Source: Callorhinchus milii (Eukaryota). Taken from it: a stretch of 64,000 bases of DNA. Of this stretch, positions 38,816 to 52,377 are shown in pieces; position 1 is the stretch's first letter; every line of letters begins with the position of its first letter. The stretch covers positions 13,270,001 through 13,334,000 of the forward strand of contig NW_024704743.1 of NCBI RefSeq assembly GCF_018977255.1. Reading direction: 5' to 3'. The position numbers and the translations under genes are program-made. Below the pieces are notes generated by a model. The model was given only the letters and a program-made list of their open reading frames with translations, was not told the DNA's origin and ran no database searches.

Positions 38816-39149
38816 TATAATTGTAACCTAAACCATATCCAAATTGACTAGAACACTGGAATATGTTTCACTATTAGAATGATATTAGTAAGGAAAGTTT
38901 CTAGCATTGGGCCACATAGATTTAAAACAAGATACTATCATTGTTGGGCACTGCCAAACTTACAGCTTGTTCACTTATAGGGATCATTACACTTTACAGT
39001 AAGTCCTGTGAAGCACTTTATTATTATATTGGCTGAGCTCCTACTGAATTCATTCCACAACAGCTGCACCCAGATAGCAATAACAAAGAGAGAAGGAAAT
39101 TCAGTCTAGTTTCATAACCTGAATATGCATTGAACTACATCACTTACAT

Positions 39150-40260
39150 CCACTTCAGTGAGACTGTACTTGCATGGTTCGAGTCCTATTTAACCAACCA
39201 CCTCCATTTCATCTCGGCAAATGGTTTCTCCTCCTGCCCCCGCCCGGTCACCTGCGGGGTACCCCAGGGCTCCATCCTTGGCCCTCTTCTTTTCCTTATC
39301 TATATGCTCCCTCTGGATGATGTCATCCGCAGACACGGGGTAAACTTACACATGTATGTGGATGCCACACAAATCTACTTTGCTTCCTCCAGTACCAAAT
39401 CCAGGTCCACTGATGTTCTAGCAGCTTGTCTGGCAGACATCAAGGCCTGGATAAGTGTAAACCTCCTGCAGCTGAAAATGGACAAGACAGAAGCCATACT
39501 CCTTGGCTCCCGCTAACATCTTCACTCCTGTGGTTCTAAACTTCTCAATCTCCCAGGGATCTCCCTCAGACTCACCGAACCAGTGTGAAGTCTAGGCGTC
39601 TGGTTCAACCCCCAGCTGTCCTTCCTCCCCCACATCGGTCCCTGACCAGGACCATCTTCTTCCACCTCCACCACATTGCCCACCTCCGACTGTACCTTAC
39701 CTCAAATGCAGTTGAAACCCTTGTGCACGCGTTTGCCACCTCCCACTTTGATTATTCAAATGCTCTCCTCGCCAGTCTCCCCAGCTCCATTATTCAAAAG
39801 ACTCAGCTCATTCAGAACTCTGCCGCCCACATACTGAACCAGACCAAACTCCATACCCACATCTCACCAGTTCTGGCCAGGCTCCACTGGCACCCCATCA
39901 TCGAATGGATCGACTTCAAAATCCTCACATTCATGTTCAAATCCATTCACTCCCTGGCACCTCCCTACCTCTCTGACCTCCTCACTCTCCAATTCACCAC
40001 CTGGCGCCTCTGCTCGGCTCTTGCATTCTCCGCCCCACCATCGGAGGTTGCGCTTTCAGCCACTATGCCCCAAAACTCTGACACACTGTCACTCAATCCC
40101 TCTGCCTGACCCCCTCTCTCCCCTTTTTCAAGTCCCGCCTGAAAACTTTCCTCTTCGACTGTGCTTACGGCCACCTCCCATTCCCCCCCTCAAAGTCAGG
40201 CTCCGCCACTGTTGCTACCCTGCGTGGAGGGAGCTATATGTGTGCAAGTTGTTGTTGTTG
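39150..40260 (+). mobile_element. L2 LINE RT to 3' end, disrupted
   Basis: Motifs GVPQGSILGPLLF, YVDATQIY, FDYSNALL, LHW.PI..WIDFKIL and a (TTG)n tail. Confidence 0.92.
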
Positions 40261-40979
40261 TACTTCTCACAGTGAACTTATACTACAATGTATTTGTCCA
40301 ATTCCAATTGAGAAGATTTTATCAATTCTGTTTCAGCTACTATTTACAGTTCCATGGGTTAATAACTATCTGCACGAAAAAATCTTCCAGCCCATCCTTT
40401 TTCTTGTAATAAACTTAAATTTACAGTCTTTTGTTATTGACGCACTAAGCAGTGGCAATAATTTACGTATTCACTCACTTTACTCACTCTTTCAGTGAAC
40501 CTGTCTTATTTTTAAATTGTGTTTCATTTATTTCCCTTTTTAAGCTACCCTCACTCCAAATATCCCGCTTCGATCATAATGACCAGAAGTGTAGACAATA
40601 CTCCAGGTGCCACCCAGCCACAACACTGCACACAGAATCTAAATTTAACAAGCTTACAAGTGTAGCCCAGTATCCCCTTTGCCTTATTTATTGTTGTTTA
40701 ACAATGTTTGGTGAGTGAAGAGCCAAGTAACAAAAACTATAGCACTTATATATTCTGATAATAGCAGTGAGGACCTCTCAATAGGCAGATACTAGCCATG
40801 ACCACCTCTGTATAGTCTGATATTAGTAGAAACCCAGTGATTCCTAAATATAAAGCTGCGGTGAAGTTACAGTGGATAGTGATCTCGCCTCTAGGTCTGA
40901 AAGTTGTAGTTCATGTTTTGTGTTGGGGATTTGGAGCTCCTAATCTAGGTTGATCATTCAGTGCAATGACATATTCGCT

Positions 40980-41290
40980 CTAGATGACCAGGGCTCCTTC
41001 TGCCTCCTAATCCTTCTCAACCTCACTGCCACTCTCATCCACCTCTGTTAGACTACAGTCTCCTGGTTTCAACCCTACCTGATCCATCAACTCCACCTTA
41101 TCTTCTCCAATGGTTTGTTCTCCTGCCCTCATACAGTCACCTACAGAGTACCTCAGGGCTCCATCCTTGGTGACATCCTTTTCCTTATTTACATTCTGCC
41201 TCTTGGCAACACATCTGCAGAACCGGATCAATTTCCACATGGATACAAATGACACCCCAAATCTAATTTTCCACTTCTCATCCTGATTCC
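40980..41290 (+). mobile_element. Old L2 RT fragment
   Basis: DQGSFCLLILLNL and VPQGSILG remnants. Confidence 0.7.
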
Positions 41291-41574
41291 ATGTTTATTG
41301 ATATTCTGACACTGTATTCATGTGTCTTTCAAATCATAAACTCTTGTTTGTGCCCTCAGGTGTTTCACCAAGCCTCCTGAGCGGAAAATGGGAAATGCAA
41401 ATATCCTGCAATCATTGACCAAAATGGATGTTTTTTCACGGTTTCAAAACTATTTTGATACACAAACTCCATGCTTAGAATTGTCTGTTTGCACAATTTC
41501 TGCATATGATTGGCTGGCCTGAGTTGGTAATATTTATATTTGTCAATATCCTCCACTGTAAAATCCACTACAAG

Positions 41575-42365
41575 AACAACAATCCCCTACAACACTTATA
41601 TAACATCCTCCACGCAGGGTAACATCTCAGAGCACTTAATGGTGATGGAACCTGACTCTGAGCCGGTGGGGGTGGGGGGAGGGGAAGTGACCGTAAGCAC
41701 GGTCAAAAAGGAAGGTTTTCAGTCGGGACTTGAAAAAGGGGAGGGGGCAAGGCAGAGGAATTGAGGGAGTGTGTTCCAGAGTTTTGGGGTGTAGTTGTTG
41801 AATGCGCAACCTCCAATGGTGGAGTGGAGGACTCGAGGAACAAGCAGGAGGCTGGTGCCAGTCAAGCAGAGGCACCAGGTGGTGGATTGGGGAATAAGGA
41901 GGTCGGAGAGGTAGAGAGGTGCCAGGGAGTGAAGGGATTTGAAGACTAGTGTGAGGATCTTGAAGTTGATCCGTTCGGTGATGGGGAGCCAGTGATGGAG
42001 AATAGTGTCTTTGGATTGTTGTTTGCCCCCAGGATGACTTTGGAGTAAAAGTCAGTTTGGGCCTGTGAAAGGGATAGGTCGTGGGTGAGGAGGTGCTCGA
42101 GCCACAGCTGGTGGTGAAACTTGAGGCCGGATTTCTGTCATCTGTGCTCCATCATCCGGGTTTGGATTTTAAGTGAGCGGAAGTGACTGTTGTACCAGGA
42201 AGAACGAGTGGATTTGGAAATAAAATCAGTATTTCAGGGGAGCCAGGGAATTAAAGGTTGTGGAGAGATGGTCATTCAGTAGCTTGACAGCTGCATCAGG
42301 ATCCCTGCGGGTGGAGGGCCAGAGGGAGTCTGAGGAAGAGAGGGCATTTATGAAGTACTCAGGGG
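41575..42365 (-). mobile_element. L2 fragments (3' end plus upstream ORF2 piece)
   Basis: FKSRLKTFLFDRAY. The upstream part resembles 51150-51660. Confidence 0.75.
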
Positions 42366-42824
42366 GAAGTCAATCACTTGACAAAATGTACTTGCATTAA
42401 AATGTCAATCTTTGTCTTCAAAAGCTAAAGGATGGACAGCTATCACCTTTCAGTTCTTCAAAGCTGTGCTTATCAAGCAATTTGCTTTGAGAATTGACAC
42501 AATATTATGATGAATCAGCATGAAAAAGCATCTATGAACATGAACCACGTCGCATGCAGGGAAACCCCTTATAAATCATGCCAGCTGGTGAATCCTCGGC
42601 TCTGGTGAGATGTCAGATCAGATCCAAGATCCTGCACGTGGGAATGACATATAATACATATGATATGCCGCAGAAAACCCAGTTCATGGCCCAAGCCACT
42701 TTTTCCAGTATTGATGAGCCAGTATTTCTATTGTTTTTCTCAGGAAATAAATTTTTCAATCCCAATATATATCTTAAACTCACCTGAACAATGTTGAAGA
42801 CATTATAGCAAACATGCATTTAAG

Positions 42825-42940
42825 TATATATATATATACATTATATGTATATATATATACACATATATACATTATATGTATATATATACATATATACATA
42901 TAATGTATATATATATACTTAAATGCATATATATATACAT
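42825..42940. repeat. Compound (TA)n/(TATACA) microsatellite
   Basis: About 115 bp of alternating TA with CA/TG interruptions. Confidence 0.95.
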
Positions 42941-43934
42941 TCATAAAAATAATACTGAACATGCCAAACAGACATCTATAATATTATTGTAATGTTCTCA
43001 ACAATCAATGTGTAGAAATCTTTTTTATTCTCAGCTCACAAGTTACAAATCCAACCAAAAACCCTCTAGGCAGTTCCCCTGCTTCCTGCTTTTCTACCTC
43101 CTGATCCCCTTTCATTGGTCCTAATTAATTGGCCCTTATTTTCTTAAAGGGTAGCCAACAATTATTGTGTTTGATGAGGCCTTCAATTTATTTCCCTGAA
43201 CGGGTGTTGCTCTGCACATTCTGGGACCCAGCATCACAGGCCAACAACAACATACACTCTGCCGCTGAGATTATGAGATTATGTATTTTGGAGACCAGTA
43301 GGATGAGACCAGCCTCGCTCACCCTCATAACGGGTGGGGAGTGACTGGGGGAAAGTGGCCAATACTGTAGGGTTCAAAAGTACCTGAACCACCAGCTAAC
43401 AGACTTGAACCAGCAGAAAGTTGGTTCAGAAAAACTGTCAAATCTCAGATTAATGTGCTGCTTTGCTTTTATACTGCTAATATTTGTTTATGTTTGAGTT
43501 TTACTATTGTCTATGTGTTATTCTTGGTATTGCCTTTGCTGAAAGAGAGCATGGCTCAGAACAAACCTGGGTTCAATTTGCAACATAAACTGTCTTCTGG
43601 GGCAGCGTTGTTGAACCATAGATCCACAAACCACATGTATCTCAGTGTGGCTTACAGCCATCTCCGCTTCAGCAGAAAGCATGCCTCAGATAATTCCCGC
43701 TGACAATTTGCTTATGGAGACATATGCATGGCTATTTAAAGATGTCATGTATGTGGTAAAAATTTCTATTGTCAGGCTTTTCAACTGTCCAATTGAAATA
43801 GTCATCTAAAATAATACTCACCTGAGTAAAACAATTATTGTGAAACCCGTTTCAATGTTCGGATCGACATATCTCTGTGAACCAACCTCTTCTGGGGATC
43901 ACTTCCATCAAAGTAAACACAGATCCCTGTTGAC

Positions 43935-44488
43935 CAACAACAACAACAAATTACATTTGTATAGCGTCTTTTTCATCAGGAGGACGTGCTAAAGTGCTGG
44001 ACAGTTAGGGATTTGGTCCCGAACTGGGGGTTGGGAGAAGGAACGTTGGAGGGTGGGGAGGGTAGGGCTAGGAGGGTGACCAAAGATGGAGCGTTTTGAA
44101 ATGGGCCTTGAAGGAGGCAAGGAAGAGAGCGAGGCAAAGGGACTGTGGTGGGGGCAGAGAGGCTGAAGGCCTGACCGCTGATGGTGAAGCAGGCCGGGCG
44201 GGCCGAGTGGGGGATATGGAGCAAGCCGGAACCCACAGAACAGAGGGAGCAGACAGGTGGATATTGGAGTTAGCAGATCACAGATGTGGGGAGGAGCAAG
44301 GCCGTGTAGGGCTTTAAAGACAAGGCGAAGATTTTGAACTTTATCCACTGGAGGGAGCGAGGATGGGATCACAGAGCCTGGTGCGGAAGTGGACACGAGC
44401 TGCAGAGTTCTGGATGATCTGCAGCTAGTGGAAGGAACAGTTGGGAAGCCTGACAAGCAGGTAGTTAGCGAAGTTGAGCTTGGATGTG
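43935..44488 (-). mobile_element. L2 3' fragment
   Basis: (CAA)n tail, with FKALHGLAPP and AFSLSAP motifs. Confidence 0.88.
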
Positions 44489-44844
44489 TCTGGTTGCGGA
44501 ATCATTTTCAGTGAATTTTCAGAAATTGGTTGAGGAAAACTATCAAATCTCACACGTTTGTGTTGCTTTTATACTGCTAATATTTGCTTATGTTTGAATT
44601 TTGTCTATGTGATATTCTTGGTGTTGCTTTTACTGAGAAAGAGTATGGCACGTTTATAAATAATTTTTCAGGGGAAATTCTGTGTCTTGTTCCATTTTTC
44701 GACTTGTGTGGCTTGCACTGTTGCTGATGAACCACACATGTGGCTCAGTACAAATCTGGATTCGACAACTGGACTAGGAGAATTTTGTGTGGGTCACACT
44801 GCATCATGTCACTGGGAGTATTAGTGTGATATGTATTAGTGTGA

Positions 44845-45171
44845 TAATAATAATAATAATAATAATCCTTGCATTTGATATAGCGCTTTTCACGTCAGGA
44901 GGACGTCCCAAAGCGCTTCACAGAACACACTGTAAAGTGAATTGACTGTATATTTGTGGGCGAACGCGGCAGCCAATTGCGCACAGCAATGTCCCACAAA
45001 CAGTCGTAGATTGAAAATGACCAATTTAATTATTGTTTTTGGTTTTGGAGGGATTATTATTAGGCGTGTGGAGTAAGGAAACTTGCCCAAAGTTTCGCCC
45101 TGCCTGGAATTGAACTCAGGTCTCTCACTTGCAAAGCGAGTGCTCTAACCACTGAGCTACAGGACTCCACA
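44845..45171 (-). mobile_element. Short young SINE, full length
   Basis: Near-identical to 555-880. Confidence 0.92.
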
Positions 45172-45175
45172 ATGA

Positions 45176-45490
45176 TGTGGAGTCCTGTAGCTCAGTAATG
45201 TTGGGCAAGTTTCCTTACTCCACATGCCTCTGTTTACCTAGCAATAAGTAGGAACCTGGTTGTTAGTTCATTGGTGGATCGCTTTTCCGGGGATAGTAAT
45301 CCCCCCCCCAAAAAAAAAATAATTCGGTCGCTCAATCACGACTGTTTGTGGGACATTGCTGTGCGCAATTGGCTGCTACGTTTCACCTGCAAATATACAA
45401 TCAATTCACTTTACAGTAAATTTTGAGAAGGGCTTCGAGACACCTAGAAGATATGAAAAGCCCTATATATAATGCAAGGATTATTTTATA
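45176..45490 (+). mobile_element. Long-type SINE with only 21 bp of head
   Basis: TGTGGAGTCCTGTAGCTCAGT-AATG-TTGGGCAAGTTTCC, then the extra segment, Deu core and tail. Confidence 0.85.
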
Positions 45491-46954
45491 AATATAAATA
45501 TGCAGGGATGGGGTGTGGGATGCGAACTATAAGCACAAGACTTTGGAGAATAACTTGAGGAAGTGGTTCCGTGGCTTTAGTGAGGCTGAACATAACTTGC
45601 TTTATGCAAATTCCCTTTATTTCGTAGGGTGACTTTTACAGTGCTAGATCCACTTGATGCACAATTGTTCTATATCGCTTTGGCACTGCACATCACTGCA
45701 TATCCCTGACTGATCTGCACCTCCATGTCCTGCCGATGAGCCAGTCTGGTTGGTCTGTCATCAGCAGTGCCCTCCTGGATTGCTGTGTACTGAGTACTGT
45801 GGCTCAGGAACTAGACAACAGAGACCTCCACAGAGTAATGACTTGATTCCGACATTCTTTTGCCAAGCATGTCACTTTGGAGTCAGCCACTACCAATAAA
45901 ATTGGGAAAATACATTAGGCAAATTAGCTGTGTCCCACATACGGCCATGGAGTGAGTGATCAATTTTACTTGGGGTTCTGTTGGCCACCATACTGAGAGA
46001 AAGTTCCTTTATTCGAGTCGTGGCATAGGATCTTTAAAGTCCACCTGAACACGTAGACAGGAGCTCAGTTTAACGTCTCATCCTTCAGAAGAAATGATTG
46101 AAAATAATATGTTAAATGCTTGACCATCATCTCAACTGGGAAAGGATTCCATTTATTTAGCTGTCTGTCACTGTACTCAGTTAGATGCCACTATTGTATG
46201 ACTGACCAAATACATCAAGCACACCCTGTGTTTTAGGTGTGTGAACAATTGCTATGTAAAGCAAGAATGCTGCTGTTATAAAGGTGGATTTGCATTACCT
46301 CTTCAATTTGATATTTACTCAGCGCTGAGATTTAAGCAACACAGATTTCACTGATAGAACTGTCTCATACACAAGTAATTATTCTCTTGTTAAAAGTGCA
46401 TGATGAAAGCACATCAAAGAGCACTTACTTCATTAAAGCAATAATCTTGCTTTTGACATGTCTTTAATCTGTAACCTGTGGTAAACCTGGCTGTATAATG
46501 CTGATCATTCTTTTATTTGGAAATACACAGACTGCATTACATAAAGGTACTTTTTATAGCTTCAAGGCAGTCCCAGTTTACTTTGATATGTCAATGCTGA
46601 TTAATGTACTGTATTCAGTCTCAATTACTTAACCGTTCAGAAGACAACAAATTATTTCAGATAATTGAGTGTTTATTTAAGCAAAAGTTGACAACTGAAA
46701 TAATGTTAAATAAGCCTTGGTAAACCCTCTGTCGCCAGGTTCCTTCAGAAGAACACTTAAAAGATTTCTGGAAAGATTTCTAGGAAAGTTTAGGCTAGGG
46801 GCGATATAAGTTTAGGCATGTGTCCAAGCCAGGTGATATCTGAGTTGTAGCTTTTGTGAGATTGGGATCTCAAAGGTGACAGTAGCTGAACTAAGTCTTC
46901 TCTTCAACATCTTATGTTTGTAACTTCAGAATTATTGTAGCTAGCCCAGAAAGT

Positions 46955-47173
46955 CAATTAGTTGATTGGTAGTTGACTTTTCCAGAGGTAATAATTCCTT
47001 GCAAAAAAAATAATAATAATAAATTGGTCACTAAGTTCACAACTGTTTGTGGGACACAGCTGTGCTCAATTGGCTGCCGCCCACAAAATATAGTCAATTC
47101 ATTCTGTGAAACGCTTTGAGATGTCTTGAAAACGTAATAAGGCACTATATCACATGCAAGTATTATTATTATT
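46955..47173 (+). mobile_element. Long SINE 3' part
   Basis: TTAGTTGATTGG..TTTTCCAGAGGTAATAAT, then Deu core and tail. Confidence 0.8.
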
Positions 47174-47744
47174 AAAGTGAAAACCTCTTTTGTTGTGACT
47201 AGAAGCTGTAATTCTCAGAAATCTAGGAGAATAAAAACAACTGGGAAGTACAGATATCCTACATTGTTTTTTGGGTTTTCCCATTTCAACAAGGCAATAT
47301 TTCAATTGTCAACTTGTGCTTAAAATTTTTTAAATTATCTCAAATAATTTGTTGTCTCCTGAATGTTTAAGTAATTGAGACTATTCTACAGTATATTAAA
47401 AGAGAGTGATAGAAATGTGGAATAGATTGTCATCAGTGGTAGAAGTAACCAAAATAGGTTTCAAAAGGAAACTTGGAAATAAACAGGATAAATGTTTAAT
47501 GCAACAACAACTATTTATAGAACACCCTTCACACCGAATAGCACCTCATAGCATTGTACAGAGATGGGGCTGCACTTTAGCAAGAGAAATAGGGTAGTGG
47601 GAGGTGGCCATAGGCATGATCAAAGAGGTAGATATTAAACTGGAATAGATGTTGAGAGATATTCAAGAAATCTTTTCAGTCATAGATGAATCACCCATTG
47701 ATCTGCTCCATTAAAACATTATTATGTTACTGAGGTTCAAAATT

Positions 47745-48055
47745 TGGAGTCCTGTAACTCAGTGGTTAGAGCACTTGCTTTGCAAGCGAGCGACCTAGGT
47801 TCAATTCCCGGCAGGGTGAAACCTTGGGCAAGTTTCTTTACTCCACACGCCTGATAATAATCTCTCAAAAAAATAGTAATAAATTGGTCATTTCAATCCA
47901 CAACTGTTTGTGGGACACTGCTGTGCGCAATTGGCTGCCGCATTTCGCCCACAAATATACAGTCAATTCACTTTACAGTCTATCCTGTGAAGCACTTTGA
48001 GACGTCTAGAAGACGTGAAAAGCGCTATATCAAATATAAGGATTATTATTATTTT
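47745..48055 (+). mobile_element. Short-type SINE with older tail loop (intermediate form)
   Basis: Lacks the extra segment, but the tail reads GAGACGTCTAGAAGACGTGAAAAGCGC. Confidence 0.88.
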
Positions 48056-48799
48056 ATTATAATTGTGGTAATGTATATCTACATTATGTTCCTTAAATAA
48101 GAAACACTGCACCTTTGACCCCATAGTTACTAACCGTAGCAGAGTGATAACATCTTTTAGGTTGATGGAACACTTTCTTTTCATTCCTCCTTTCTGCTGT
48201 CAGCCAACACGTTCCCCAAAGAAACTGAAGACTAGAATTTGCATCAGTTATTGTGTAACTATTCAAGCATTGTTTCAATGTGAAATACACTTGAGTTATG
48301 ATCAGATTAGACATTAACACCAGAATAAATGCCCAAGTCGAAGTATCTAGCTTTCCACTGTTTCTGAGCACGGAGCAAGTGTATCATTAATTTCCAAGCA
48401 TTTCTTAACCTCTGCCATTTCAATCTTTACAATTGTGGGCAGGTCATTCACGCAATACTTGGTGGTCTTATTCACCTTTGTATTCACGTGATTGGGATAT
48501 TCAGAGCTCATAATTATATGGATCTAACACTCCACTACTCCAAGGAAAGCATATCTGGTACAGCAGGAAGCACGGTACGAGCTGTGAGAAGTGGATTATT
48601 TGTATCTAATAAGAGACTTGAATCTATTGGATTAACATGGGCACAGATTTAATCACCACTCTGCTTTTATTTACAGATCTGAAAAGATTAGGAGAAAAAG
48701 AGGTAGAAGAAACGAAGCAACGTTTTATACAGTGGACAAAACAAGAGAAGAAAAGTTACAGAGGACCAAGGGAAAGAAATGAAAACATGCTGGATTCAA

Positions 48800-49400
48800 G
48801 GCTTTTACTAGACAATCTTATAGTTCAGTGGAGAGTTCAGGTTGACAAGCAATTGGCTTTGGAATTCACAATAAGTCCATCAGGTTGCAAATGACACCAA
48901 GCCTGGAGGAAATGTGCTGTCAGAGGTGACAACCGGCAGAAAGATATCTGGGTGCTAACTGACTCTTCACTCACCTTGTCGAAACAATGTGAGACATCAG
49001 TAAACAAGATAAACAGAATTCTGGGCAATATTGCCAAATTGATTGAGTTTAGATCCCCAGTAGCCAAGCTGAAACCTGTAAAATGGACTGATTAGGTTCC
49101 ACCCGGAATACTCAATACAGTACCAGTGACCTTAACAGAAGGATCTGCTCATTGCTCTAGCCTGAGAGGCAGTACATAGGACAGCAGTGTACACGCTCAG
49201 TGTCTGTACACAGTGTCAGAATAATAACAAAATAAGCTTGTGCTTTTCAGTCTTTAAAATAGATGGATACTTCAAAGAGATCCTTATAGAGAAATATAAG
49301 ATGCTAATATAGTGGACAAAGTTAAAAAAAAAACTTTGATCAGTCAACAACAGGTCAAAGGTTTAGGAATGTAAATGATAATTTTAGGACAGACACCTGG
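48800..49400 (+). mobile_element. Very old CR1 fragment
   Basis: Degenerate remnants (KQC..AVNK.NRILG.I, LIR.H.EY..Q, DLIE.YK). Confidence 0.55.
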
Positions 49401-49724
49401 GACCCAGAATTCCTCCTAGTCTTAGCCTTTTAAGCCCATATTGTCTTAAAATATAAGTTGGCATAGAATTGTGAAAAACATCTTAAATTCATTCTTAATT
49501 TGGAAGCTGATTCATAATAATATTCTTTGCATTTGGTATAGTGTCTTTCACGTTGGGAGGATTTTACTGAAGTGCTGAGACTGTGTTTGCATGCAAACAC
49601 AGCAGCCAATTGCATACAGTGTCATCTTGGACAATGTGAGTTCAAGTCTGACATGAGGCTTGAACCCACAACCTTCTGACTTGGCCCAACTGAGTCAGAC
49701 TGACACTCTGGTCTGACTGGATGG

Positions 49725-50010
49725 TCCTGGTTTTTTTAGAAAGCAGGAAGCTTGTCAGACAGTGATATCAATGGCAAGCTATGCAGTTTTAACCAAATGC
49801 GCACACTCAGGTTCCCCAAGCCTTGGCTCTTGCCAACCTGCTCCTATAGCTCTCCAAAACTAGGGCAGCAAGATGGATACATCCATCCAGGAAGAGAATG
49901 AGTATTCCATTCCAGACATGGGGAAATTTCCATACATAGGTAGAGCTCTCGGTATGGTTTGGATACTCTAAGCTTGATGATGGGTTTCCGCATGCTGGCT
50001 GACCAAAATA
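49725..50010 (+). repeat. Family C repeat
   Basis: GGAAGCTTGTCAGACAG..CAATGGCAAGCTATGCAGTTTT..CCAAGCCTTGGCTCTTGCCAACC..GGTTTGGATACTC..CTGGCTGACCAAAA. Confidence 0.8.
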
Positions 50011-50154
50011 TTTTTTAGAACTGCAGAAAATTAGTTTCCAAATTAAAGACTGAATTTAACAAGGTCTCCGATAGATCCTTTAAGATATAAGTTGAGAAGC
50101 GAATTCCACATTTGAATGTTTAACATAAACTGTTTCACTTTTTAACTGAACACT

Positions 50155-51147
50155 AGGCCTCCTCCTTTTCACCCTCTACGTGCTCCCCCTTTGGTGACAT
50201 CATCCACAGACATGGGATAAATTTCCAAAGGGAGGCAGATGACACCCAACTCTATCTCTCTGCCTCCCCCCTCAATTCCAGGACTACTGGCATCCTGATC
50301 GACTGCCTGTCTGACATGAAGTCGTGGATGAGGGACAACTTTCTCCAATTCAACATCAGCAAGACCGAGGCCCTCCTGATTGGCTCAAGCCAGTGCTTCC
50401 GCACCTCAGGTGCTGGCAGCATCAGCCTCCACGGCTGCACACTCAACCTCACTAAGCCAGTCAGGAACCTGGGTGTCTTGTTTGACCCTGAACTGTCCTT
50501 TGTCCCCCACATCCACGCCATGACCGGCACTGCTAACCACCACCTCCACAACATTGCCAGACTCCGCCACTGCCTCACCCCTCAGGCTGCTGAAACCCTC
50601 ACCCACACATTCGTCACATCAAGGCTCGATTAAGGAAACTCCCTCCTCATCAGCCTTCCCAACTCTTCCCTTCACAAGCTGCAGATCATCCAAAACTCAG
50701 CTTGTGTACTCTTGCGCACTAGGCTCCGTGACCCCATCACTCCCACCCTCGCCCGACTCCACTGGCTCCCCATCCCTCAGAGGATCGAGTTCAAGATGCT
50801 CATCCTCACTTTCAAGGCCATCCATGGCCTTGCCCCTCTTACCTCTCTGACCTTCTGACTCCCTACTAACCTGTCCCCTCCCTCCATCGGTGGCTGGGCT
50901 TTCTGCCCCCATATTCTGGATCTCCATCCCATGGTCCCTTCGCCTCGCTTCCTCCCTTCCCTCCTTCAAGGCCGGTCTCAAGACCCTTCTCTTCAACTGT
51001 GCTTTTGGTCTCCCTCCCACCTTTTTGGCCTTCCCTCACCTCTACATCACCCCTCCCCCATGCTTGGGTCCTGACACCTGACTGTTCAGTGCTTTGGATG
51101 TCTTCCCAATGTGAAAGGCGCTCTATAAATGTAATTTTGTTGTTGTT
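50155..51147 (+). mobile_element. L2 LINE 3' 1 kb
   Basis: Motifs ADDTQLY, WMRDNFLQFNISKTE, VRNLGVLFD, FVTSRLD and FKAGLKTLLF, with a (TTG) tail. Confidence 0.93.
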
Positions 51148-51149
51148 GG

Positions 51150-51665
51150 TTGAGGTGAGGATGGAGGTAGCTTGTGGCGGTGGAGGGGTGGGTGGTGATG
51201 GATGGGGGAGAACAGTGCCTTTGGGTTGTTTTTGGCATCCAAATGGTTTTGGAGTAAAAGACAGTTTTGGCTTGTGAGACAGAGAGGTGTAAGGTGTAGA
51301 GATCCTTGAGCCACAGCTGGTGGTGGATTGTGAGGGAGGGTTTGTGTCACCTGCACTCGAGCGTCCAGGTTTTAGTTTTGAGGGAATGTAGGTGACTGTT
51401 ATACCGGGGAGCAAGTAGATTTGGTGATGGCTGCGTAAGGATTGCTGCGAGTGAAAGTCCAGTGGGAGAAGAGATCTGAGGAAGCGAGGGAAGGACTTGG
51501 GTGGAAGTTTTTTCCAAGGTCAAAAAACAATGGTGGTTGGCTTGGAACGGGGGGGGGGGGGGGGGGTTGTGGGACATGAGGGAGATAAGGAAAGGATCTG
51601 AGATGGCCTTGTCTGTGATGGACAGGTCGGAGATGTCAAGGCCATGAGTGATAAACCACACAAGG
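51150..51665 (-). mobile_element. L2 internal ORF2 fragment in opposite orientation (contains a G run at 51549-51566)
   Basis: THGLDISDLSITDKAISD, AKNNPKALFS and an LERS..T.L-like region. Confidence 0.7.
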
Positions 51666-52377
51666 AAACGAGAAGGGAACTGGAGAAAACCTTTAATGAA
51701 TGTTTCTAAGAGCTCCATAAACACAGGAGGCCGTACTGTTGTGAATATCAGGAGCACATTTGCAGTCCTCAGGTGAACATTTGATCAGAGGACTGGAGCA
51801 CATTAAAGGTTATGCTGACATTCAAAATGAAGCTGGAATACTTTTGGAATCAAATTAATCTAAAATACCTTAGGTAACGGAATTACCGAGCAGCAAGAAG
51901 GTGCTGCTAACTTGAAAAGAAACTTCTGGGATGCAGTGAAGATTATTGTTTGTAGTGATCAGTGTAAGACCAACCCCTCTCTTCTGGAATCAGTTATTTG
52001 TTTTGGGTCATTTGTTGTTCACATTGGGGTGTAATTTACAATATTTGCCCCCTCTTTATCTATCTTAAAATTCCACCTGAAGACTTACAGGTTCCACCAC
52101 ACCTATGGGATCTCCCCTCCCCTTTCTCCTTTGCTTGGTGTGCAACCCTGCCACTGTACAGCACTGGGAGAAGCTATCCCATGTAAACAGAGCTATTGGT
52201 TGTTCATATTTGCAAACAAGGTGGGAAATACCAGTTTAAATTCCCTCTCCTTTCTCACCTGCTCAAGTTCTCCCATTGTCTTTGTGAAGCACTTGAAGGT
52301 ATTCCTGCATGAAGGTGATGCATAATTTTAGTGACTGTTTAGATTCCTTATGATTCCACAGCTTAGGGCTCAACAAT

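Noticed and set aside
48965..49020. Strong minus-strand donor AAG|GTGAGT
   Set aside because: It lies antisense within a degraded CR1 fragment and has no matching acceptor.
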